Origin: a virus
IMG/VR virus record: IMGVR_UViG_3300035099_000181
Coordinates: 37,071 to 101,070 of that record
Strand: one strand, 5' to 3'
Length of the DNA stretch: 64,000 nucleotides
Shown: in pieces, positions 57,021-64,000 of the stretch
How positions within the stretch are numbered: position 1 is the stretch's first letter
How the letters are laid out: each line of letters opens with the position of its first letter
Made by a program: the position numbers and the translations under genes
Notes under the pieces: generated by a model
What the model saw: only the letters and a program-made list of their open reading frames with translations
Databases searched by the model: none
What the model was told of the DNA's origin: nothing

Positions 57021-58280
57021 ATGAGAGATTATAGCAGGTCACTTGAGCTATATAAACGGGCTAGAAATGTTATACCAGGTGGGGCACAGACCTTGAGCAA
57101 GATGTACGGGCGATTTGTGCAAGGGGCCGCTCCTGCGTTCTTATCAACGGGAGTGGGGGCCATAGTCGGGGACATTGATGATAATCAATATATTGACTGG
57201 GCTGCTTCGCTTGGGGCTGTGATTCTTGGGCATAGGCCGGCAAGGAACGAATGGAGCCTTGTTCCTTTACTTTCTCTTTCTCATCCTGTGGAAGTTAATT
57301 TGGCTGAGAAGTTGTGCGAGATCATTCCATGCGCGGAGATGGTCCGGTTCTTCAAGACAGGTTCGGAAGCGACTTCTGCGGCTGTCCGTCTTGCAAGAGC
57401 TGTGACGGGAAGGGAAAGTATAGTCTGTTGTGGCTACCACGGCTGGCATGATTGGTATGCTTCTATTCTTCCTGACCCAAAGTCAAAGGGGATTTTGCAT
57501 CAGCCTGTCATTACGACAGGTTATGGAGAGCTGTGGCATTTGGAGGAGCTATTTTCTCACTGGAAGCCTGCCTGCTTCATTCTTGAGCCTATGAGCCGCC
57601 AGTGCCCGGAAAAGGCTAATGCAGAATATCTTCAGGAAGTCCGCAGACTCTGCAATAGGCATGGCATCGTTTTGGTTTTTGACGAGATGATTATGGGATT
57701 CCGGTATGCAATGGCGGGAGGGCAAGAACTGTATGGCGTTGTCCCTGATCTGGCATGCTTCGGCAAGGCGATGTCTAATGGGTGGCCTCTATCCTGCCTT
57801 GTGGGAAGGCGAGAGATGATGCGTGAGCTTGAGTACATGCAGGTTTCGGGCACTTATTGTGGGGAGATACTTTCCATTGTTTCTGCTTTGGATACGATAG
57901 GTGAGCTGGAAAGAGAAGGCATCATTCTCAAGCTATGGGAGAAGGGGGAGAGGCTTAAAGGCCTTATTCTTTGGGTGTTTGGTGATGTGGGTGTGCCGGA
58001 GGAGTTCGCCAGGTTGAAAGGCTTTGGGCCTTGGAGCGCGTTTGTCTTTGGCGAGAAGCATTGGAAGCTACAATGGATGTTCCTTCAAGAAGTGTTCGAG
58101 CAGGGCATTTTCTATGGCAGGGACCATTTCATGATGGCGGCGCACGAGGACTGGATGATAGACAAGACGGTGGAAGTCTACCGGAGCGCATTCATCAAGG
58201 CCATGCGGTATTTTGGGGATGAGACTGGGATCGAGAAGGAGTTGAGGGGCAAGGTGGATAAGGACCTGCTGCCGAGATGA
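57021..58280 (+). CDS. Class III PLP aminotransferase (GSA-aminomutase-like, glycan-associated type)
   Basis: IPGGAQTLSK, TGSEAT, GYHGWHDW, FDEMIMGFR, FGKAMSNG. Confidence 0.9.
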   Translation: MRDYSRSLELYKRARNVIPGGAQTLSKMYGRFVQGAAPAFLSTGVGAIVGDIDDNQYIDWAASLGAVILGHRPARNEWSLVPLLSLSHPVEVNLAEKLCEIIPCAEMVRFFKTGSEATSAAVRLARAVTGRESIVCCGYHGWHDWYASILPDPKSKGILHQPVITTGYGELWHLEELFSHWKPACFILEPMSRQCPEKANAEYLQEVRRLCNRHGIVLVFDEMIMGFRYAMAGGQELYGVVPDLACFGKAMSNGWPLSCLVGRREMMRELEYMQVSGTYCGEILSIVSALDTIGELEREGIILKLWEKGERLKGLILWVFGDVGVPEEFARLKGFGPWSAFVFGEKHWKLQWMFLQEVFEQGIFYGRDHFMMAAHEDWMIDKTVEVYRSAFIKAMRYFGDETGIEKELRGKVDKDLLPR

Positions 58281-58751
58281 TCTGCATCGGAAGGCTTGCC
58301 CTTGAGATTTTTGAAAGAGTAGATAAGGAAAGAATAGAAACAGCGGAGCGGGAAGCATTTTGTGATATTCAGTGTCTGGGTGAAAATATAGGAAAGGAGT
58401 TATAATAAAGATATGGAAACGCTGTTTCAGGTAATTGCATGGCTGACCTGGGGATTTATGTGCTTCTACCTGGGCCATTGGGGCGGGGAGACCATCTATA
58501 GAGCCTTGCGGTGCAGGCGGCTGAGGCTAAGGAGATGGAGACAGGGCCGAGGCGATTTGCGTAAGAACATGGAGCTACAAAGATGAGAGCAAAACCTGGT
58601 GGAGCAGACAGATATGGATGGAAGCAGTTCGAGAAATGGTCCGACAAGAAAGGGGTAGGCGATGACCGTGAGGATTGGGACGTATGGTGGGAATGCTGGA
58701 TGGCAGCATCAATCGCGGCTATAGATCGAATTGAGACAGGGAAAGAATGAT

Positions 58752-59546
58752 ATGAATTCACACAAGATCGAGGTCATAGCCGAGATTGGAATATCTCATA
58801 ATGGTGATCTGGACATGGCTAAGAAGCTGATCCAGAAGGCTAAGGAGGCAGGCGCAGATGTGGCCAAGTTCCAGCTATATGATCCTAAGAAAAGGCCTGA
58901 CATAAATGCTCATCCTTGGAAAGACGTGCTTCTGCAATCAGTCGTGACGCGAAGATTCTTGCGCGAGCTGAAGGCCTCTTGTGATTATTGGCAGATAGAG
59001 TTTATGGCGTCGGTGTTCGATCTTGACCGTATTAATTGGTGCGAAGAGATAGGTATGAGTCGCTATAAGATAGCGAGTAAGAGCTTGTATGATGATAGAC
59101 TCACTTCCAAGATCATTTCTTTGGGGAAGCCCGTCATAGCCTCGCTTGGGATGTTCAATCTAGATAAAGGTTTGCCGGAAGTGTTCTTGAGGGGCTCTGT
59201 GTCTCTCCTTCATTGCGTGACGGTGTTTTCTAAGGCCGCTCCACTGGATGCCATAAGGCTTTTCGATGTCGCGGATCATTACGAGGGAGTACTATTTCCC
59301 TATTTTGGTAAGAGGCTTTCGAGGACGAAAGTAGTTGGCTTTTCTGACCATACGCCAGGAATCAATTTTTCAATCGCGGCCATGGCTCTTGGTGCAACGA
59401 TAATCGAGAAGCACTTCACTCTGGATAATGATCTGCCTGGACCGGATCATTTGTTTTCTCTTCTGCCTGGTGAATTGGCCGCTTTATGCGAGGCAAGGAA
59501 TGAGATGCAGATCCTGTGGAACAATGCTTTAAGGAAGGTGGTATGA
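58752..59546 (+). CDS. neuB: N-acetylneuraminate (nonulosonate) synthase family, lacking the C-terminal SAF domain
   Basis: IAEIGISHNGD, AKFQ, KIAS, LHC, GFSDHT, IEKHFTLD, GPDH. Confidence 0.88.
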   Translation: MNSHKIEVIAEIGISHNGDLDMAKKLIQKAKEAGADVAKFQLYDPKKRPDINAHPWKDVLLQSVVTRRFLRELKASCDYWQIEFMASVFDLDRINWCEEIGMSRYKIASKSLYDDRLTSKIISLGKPVIASLGMFNLDKGLPEVFLRGSVSLLHCVTVFSKAAPLDAIRLFDVADHYEGVLFPYFGKRLSRTKVVGFSDHTPGINFSIAAMALGATIIEKHFTLDNDLPGPDHLFSLLPGELAALCEARNEMQILWNNALRKVV

Positions 59547-59791
59547 AAACTCGTGAGCAGTGGCTGAAGGAGATTTCCGAATGCTTGCCTTGGTGCCGCA
59601 AGAAATTTCTGGAAAGGGATAAGGCATTACGGGACGAGGAACTTTGTGTAATTCTATACGAGAATGATGAGGCGGGGGATTGGCAATGGTCTCTTACGTT
59701 CGAGAACAGTGACTTTTGGATGGACTCTTTTGATACTAAAGAGGAGGCGAGAGGCTTCTGCGGGGAGATGGGATGGTCAATATGCGAATGA
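59543..59791 (+). CDS. Hypothetical protein
   Basis: Coupled ATGA start; 82 aa. Confidence 0.55.
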   Translation: MKTREQWLKEISECLPWCRKKFLERDKALRDEELCVILYENDEAGDWQWSLTFENSDFWMDSFDTKEEARGFCGEMGWSICE

Positions 59792-60702
59792 AGCTCTTGC
59801 TAAAGAAAATCAAGCCTCTCAAGAATGCCTACGACCAGGCAAGGAAGAGGGCTATCGAGAATGCTCTTTATGAGCAAGGCCTATGGCCTCTGTACGAGGA
59901 CTTGCGCGATTCCGGGATAGATATTACTTGCCAGTATACCTCAACGCTCGTCGATACACCGTATCTACAGGCCAAGGTCAGGGGTCTGCATGCCTTCCAG
60001 ATGCGCCTGATTTACGACTGTTTGTTCAATTATGAGATTTACTGTTTGTTCAATTTGTTCAATTATGACATTTTGGAGGGTGCTCGTTCCGCGAACTACC
60101 TGGACATAGGAGATTCGGCGGGTACACATTATCAGTATCTTAAGCTGAAGGAGACTGACGGCTGGCCTAAAGTTGACGGTTATGTCAGCGTCAATGTGGA
60201 TCAGGAAGCAATAAGACGGATTACAGCTATTATTGGCATTACGGCTGTAGAAGGTGATGCAGAAGATGATGATGTCCTCGATTATATTCCCTTTTCTGAG
60301 AAGGGTAGAATAATCCTTATGTTCGAGACCTTGGAGCATATTGAGAATCCGATTCGTTTGTTGAAATCCCTATCAAAAAGGTCAGATCTGAAGGCCTTTA
60401 TCTTGACTGTCCCCTATGTCAGAAGGAGTAGGGTGGTCCTGGATCCGAAGCTGGGGGATGAAAAGGAGGACATCCACGTGTTTGAGCTTTGCCCTGGTGA
60501 CTGGAAGCGGGTCTTTGCGCATTGTGGATGGGAGGTTATAGAGGAGGAGACGTATTGGCAGTACTTGCGGGGATCCTATAGACAGGGGATACAGAGAACT
60601 TTGTTGAGGGCGTTTCTCCGTCCCTTGCGAGCTGCGTATTGGCGTTATTTTGACTTTGAGGGATTTTGGGGTGTCGTGCTTATCCCTAAGAAAGGTGGAT
60701 AA
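59773..60702 (+). CDS. Methyltransferase-like protein
   Basis: YLDIGDSAG, FETLEHIENP, LTVP. Confidence 0.65.
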   Translation: MVNMRMKLLLKKIKPLKNAYDQARKRAIENALYEQGLWPLYEDLRDSGIDITCQYTSTLVDTPYLQAKVRGLHAFQMRLIYDCLFNYEIYCLFNLFNYDILEGARSANYLDIGDSAGTHYQYLKLKETDGWPKVDGYVSVNVDQEAIRRITAIIGITAVEGDAEDDDVLDYIPFSEKGRIILMFETLEHIENPIRLLKSLSKRSDLKAFILTVPYVRRSRVVLDPKLGDEKEDIHVFELCPGDWKRVFAHCGWEVIEEETYWQYLRGSYRQGIQRTLLRAFLRPLRAAYWRYFDFEGFWGVVLIPKKGG

Positions 60703-60739
60703 GCACTGGTTCAATCTGTCGGTGAATGGAAAGGAAGAA

Positions 60740-61156
60740 ATGAAGAAGCTATTCTGTGTTTTTTGCTTGCTTCTGGCTCTGCCCGCTTGCCTTGTTGACG
60801 ACGGGGGCAGTGAACCTTTGAGGTCAACCTTTCAAGATGGCGTGAATACATTTGCTGAGCACTACCGTAACGTATCCGGTACCGAGAGTGCCCAACTCGT
60901 TAAGTTCTCTTTTATCGTCACGGTGGTCATAGACAATTCTGGCCCGAATGGGCAGACCCAGTTCGTTTCCCAGGAGAACTGGCCGAAAGGAGATGACATT
61001 CAGGCGGGATTCATCGTCAATTTTCATGGGAAGGAAACGAGCAACGGCATGGGCATTTGGATAAATCCCCTGATTGCCGGATTTGAAATGGAAAATTGTA
61101 TGAAGTGGAGCAATTCGTATGTCGCCGATCCGGAACTGTGGAGATCATTGCCGTGA
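60740..61156 (+). CDS. Putative lipoprotein
   Basis: MKKLFCVFCLLLALPAC lipobox-like signal. Confidence 0.6.
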   Translation: MKKLFCVFCLLLALPACLVDDGGSEPLRSTFQDGVNTFAEHYRNVSGTESAQLVKFSFIVTVVIDNSGPNGQTQFVSQENWPKGDDIQAGFIVNFHGKETSNGMGIWINPLIAGFEMENCMKWSNSYVADPELWRSLP

Positions 61157-61818
61157 CGAAAAAAGAACGAAAACAGGCTATGAAAGCTATAGCCAGACAG
61201 GAAAGACAGGTGGAAGACAAACAGAAACTGACTAGAACTGAAAAGGCCTCCGATGACCAGTCGAAAGAGCCTGTCAGGAGGCCTAAGCTATCAAGATCAT
61301 TTGATAAACGCTTTGCCGAGTCTCGCGTGGGCAGGCATCCCAATGCCGAGAAAGAACTGACCGATGAACAGAAACTATTCTCTCAACTTCGCGCGAGAGG
61401 CCTTGATCCCGATGTGGCGGGCAAGGCCTTGGGCTGGTCCCAGTATAAGATAGAGACCTATGGTCAGCATCCCTTGATGGATGCCGAGATAGCGAAGTGG
61501 CAGGAGGTCTTCGCGGGCGATACCTCTGGCAGCTTCAAGGAACTAATGCTGGACCTGGCAAGTACGGCAGCCTTAGAGCTGAAACGCCGCGCTATCTCAT
61601 CTCCAAGCGATAAGAAGCCCTACCACGAACTGTCCGAGGAAAGCCTAATGCAAATCCTGGACAAGGCCTTGCTCATAGCCGACCTCGTAGCGCCAAAGAA
61701 GCCCGCAGAAAAGACTAAAGTCATAGAAAAGCGCAGGTTCACGGACCTATTCGGAGACGGCAAACATATTCAGATAGAACAGACAGTGGAAAGAGAAGTA
61801 GAGGAAGAAGGGCAATGA
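61153..61818 (+). CDS. HTH protein, possibly terminase small subunit
   Basis: LTDEQKLF...GLDPDVAGKALGWS...HPLMDAEI resembles a TerS N-terminal HTH. Confidence 0.5.
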   Translation: MTKKERKQAMKAIARQERQVEDKQKLTRTEKASDDQSKEPVRRPKLSRSFDKRFAESRVGRHPNAEKELTDEQKLFSQLRARGLDPDVAGKALGWSQYKIETYGQHPLMDAEIAKWQEVFAGDTSGSFKELMLDLASTAALELKRRAISSPSDKKPYHELSEESLMQILDKALLIADLVAPKKPAEKTKVIEKRRFTDLFGDGKHIQIEQTVEREVEEEGQ

Positions 61819-62049
61819 CAGCGGCCTGAACACGAAATGGATAGATGGGAAAAGGCAAGTCAGTAAGGAATCAACCTGGCTAGGACAAGACGTAAAGAGG
61901 AGCCAGAGAACGGCAAAAGTAGAACCAAATACAGAACTTGGCTCTATAATAAAAGAGAAGAAGGGCCTAACCGAGAAAGTAGATTCAATCCTATTCAACA
62001 TGAAAAGAGGATAGATTCAGTATAGGGAATGATATCGCGATAAACTCAG

Positions 62050-62240
62050 ATCCTGATAGCATATATAGAAGAGCTATCCCCCTACCGCTATGCATAAGCT
62101 TTATAGGACTGAACGGATTCTGATAGCATATATACATGGAAGAGCTATCCCCTAAGACTAAACAGACCTTAATAGCGTATATACATGGAAGAGCTATCCC
62201 CCCTACTACTGTGCATAAGCCTTATAAGACTAAACAGAAT
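62050..62240. repeat. Three imperfect repeats containing ATAGC.TATATA...GAAGAGCTATCCCC
   Basis: Core GAAGAGCTATCCCC occurs three times. Confidence 0.8.
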
Positions 62241-62441
62241 GGAAAATCTAGGAAATACAGGAGGAGAGAGCGGGAGGGTTTTTCGCCTCCCTCAGCCTTT
62301 TTGCCTCTCCCTATAGCAGCTATCGGAAAAACCTATAGGTCTAAAAACCCTGTAAATACAGGCTCTTAGGCCTTTTTGGAGGCTATCGTACCGAGGCTTT
62401 CAAGTCTGCGCGGTGAGCAGGAGATGGAAGCGTGGCAAGAG

Positions 62442-62990
62442 AAGTAGGCTACGAAAAACGTATTGTACTATATTTTTCCGTCTGTACTATGTTTTTCCGT
62501 ACGGCAGTGAAAAAAGTAGGCTACGAAAAACGTATTGTACTATGTTTTTCCGTACGGCGGTGAAAAAGTAGGCTACGAAAAACGTACTGTACTTTATCAG
62601 TTACGGGAAAGGAATAACAAGCTCGGAGGGTTTATGGAGGATAGGATGAAGGTGCTTGAGGAGAAGGCTGCCTTGTTGTCGGGCTCCGCGTTCAAGGTCT
62701 TGTTTCTCCTGTGCGTCGGGGCAGAGGGCAAGGCTGAATGCGTGCTGACGTATGCTCAGTTGGCTGAGAAAACCGGTCTGAAAGCTTCCCACATGCGGGA
62801 TCACGTACTGGAGCTGGAGGATAAGGGCCTGACGGAGGCGACTTACATAGCAAGAAAGGGCAGGGGAGGCGGGGGAGTTCAGCACACCTTTCGCTTGCTC
62901 ATCTGAAAGTAGGCTACGAAAAACGTATTGTACTATGTTTTTCCGTACGGCGGTGAAAAAGTAGGCTACGAAAAACGTACTGTACTATGT
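62442..62990. repeat. Five copies of AAGTAGGCTACGAAAAACGTA(T/C)TGTACT, three upstream and two downstream of a wHTH gene
   Basis: Copies near 62442, 62514, 62566, 62907, 62959; a ~78-bp block is repeated on both sides of the gene. Confidence 0.9.
62634..62906 (+). CDS. Small winged-HTH DNA-binding protein
   Basis: GGAGGG RBS; SAFKVLFLL...TYAQLAEKTGLKASHMRDHVLELEDKGL. Confidence 0.75.
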   Translation: MEDRMKVLEEKAALLSGSAFKVLFLLCVGAEGKAECVLTYAQLAEKTGLKASHMRDHVLELEDKGLTEATYIARKGRGGGGVQHTFRLLI

Positions 62991-63049
62991 GAAGCAACAT
63001 TCATAGCTAAACGAGATGGCAAAGGGGGCACAGCTCATGTTTTCCGGGT

Positions 63050-63199
63050 CTTGTTCTAGGAAAAGGCGTAACTTGTTCTAGGAAAAGGCGTAACTTGATA
63101 CGGGAAAAGCCAGAACTTGATACGGGAAAAGCCAGAACTTGATACGGGAAAAGCCAGAACTTGATACGGGAAAAGCCAGAACTTGTTCCAGGAAAAGGC
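63050..63199. repeat. 22-bp tandem repeat, ~7 copies in two variants
   Basis: CTTGTTCTAGGAAAAGGCGTAA x2, CTTGATACGGGAAAAGCCAGAA x4, then a partial copy. Confidence 0.92.
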
Positions 63200-63385
63200 T
63201 GTCAGTTAGATTTTCGGGACTCTCCCCCATCCCCGCAACACATATAGAAAAGTCACTGTACCTAGATAAGTTATTGATAACGTTAAGAAAAGACTAGCCA
63301 TGAAAAGGAGGAGAGAGACTACCACAATGATGAATGAGACAGCGAGGATCTCGGGGATGATGCAGATGGATGACGAGGTATTCAG

Positions 63386-63461
63386 GGCTTGGTTGTGACC
63401 TAAACATCGGTTACCAATCTTTAGGTAATCAGCTTCTAAGAATACTAACTAATAAGAATAT
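63386..63461. repeat. Second, non-coding copy of the initiator-gene origin element
   Basis: Matches 12166-12256 with a 15-bp deletion and a few substitutions. Confidence 0.88.
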
Positions 63462-63512
63462 CAATGAAGGACTGGCAGAGTTATCTCCGCAGACGTTCAA
63501 GTTGACGGTAAA

Positions 63513-63695
63513 AAAAACCAGGATGCAGCAAGGAAAACCAGGATGCAGCAGGAAAACCAGGATGCAGCAGGAAAGCCAGGATGCAGCAAGGGAGCGGGTT
63601 GGCAAAAGCGGGACCGGGATGGCAGGAAAACCAGGATGCAGCAGGAAAGCCAGGATGCAGCAAGGGAGCGGGTTGGCAAAAGCGGGACCGGGATG
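63513..63695. repeat. Composite tandem repeats
   Basis: AAA(A/G)CCAGGATGCAGCA x6 and GGGAGCGGGTTGGCAAAAGCGGGACCGGGATG x2. Confidence 0.88.
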
Positions 63696-63771
63696 TCAAG
63701 CCGGAGGGGGCGGGCATTTTCAAAGCGCAGGGCATTTTCTAGGAAGATGGGGCGGCAGCCTCCTCATACGT

Positions 63772-64000
63772 TATCGGAATTCCTTTCTCAAATCCGATTT
63801 TCGGAAAAATTTGATGCTAGAATTCCTTTTGGTTCCCTCATACACTATCGGAATTCCTTTTGGTTTTCTCGTATGCTATCGGAATTCCTTTCCGAGTACG
63901 GCTTTCTGGGAAAAATTTGCTATCGGAATTCCTTTCCGAGTACGGCTTTCTGGGAAAAATTTGCTATCGGAATTCCTTTCCGAGTACGGCTTTCTGGGAA
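63772..64000. repeat. GGAATTCC-containing repeats ending in a 44-bp tandem array that runs off the window
   Basis: GCTATCGGAATTCCTTTCCGAGTACGGCTTTCTGGGAAAAATTT at 63875, 63919 and 63963 (partial). Confidence 0.9.

Noticed and set aside
63050-64000. CRISPR array among the terminal repeats
   Set aside because: Head-to-tail repeats without unique spacers.
1-64000. Genome-wide stop-codon reassignment
   Set aside because: Long genes are intact in code 11, and TGA, TAG and TAA all end genes at coupled junctions; the helicase TGA is an isolated case.
1-64000. tRNA, rRNA, integrase, transposase, reverse transcriptase or structural virion genes
   Set aside because: None recognised by eye; a tRNAscan or Infernal run would be needed to exclude small RNAs.

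Overview
This looks like a 64-kb segment of a large dsDNA phage or phage-like element. Essentially all real genes are on the + strand, densely packed with ATGA-type overlaps, and no capsid or tail genes fall in the window. Layout: (1) 0-11.4 kb, early-type small ORFs with repeated intergenic elements, a SNF2-type helicase carrying an intein, an AT-rich DNA methyltransferase and a Toprim primase. (2) 11.4-32.6 kb, a self-sufficient replication and recombination module: initiator with internal iterons, DnaC-like loader, DnaB-like helicase interrupted by an in-frame TGA, DnaE fused to a family-4 uracil-DNA glycosylase, two beta-clamp homologues, clamp loader, SSB, RecA, resolvase, split Rad50 around Mre11, and HU. 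(3) 32.9-60.7 kb, a ~28-kb nucleotide-sugar/nonulosonate tailoring cluster with a GH108 endolysin embedded in it. (4) 61-64 kb, a TerS-like gene followed by several tandem-repeat arrays. The most striking element is at 24.4-27.0 kb: a stand-alone RAMP/Cas7-like gene flanked by two non-coding arrays of AGC-NN pentamers, cut into 44-74-nt units by a conserved AGCAAAGCAAGGCAGGC handle. I read this as a candidate RNA-guided system whose information sits in the interspersed variable dinucleotides rather than in CRISPR spacers. Next in interest are a candidate selenocysteine codon with a bacterial SECIS-like hairpin in the replicative helicase, and an intein with a Vsr/DUF559-type endonuclease overprinted in the +1 frame. 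All calls come from reading motifs by eye; no database searches were run.
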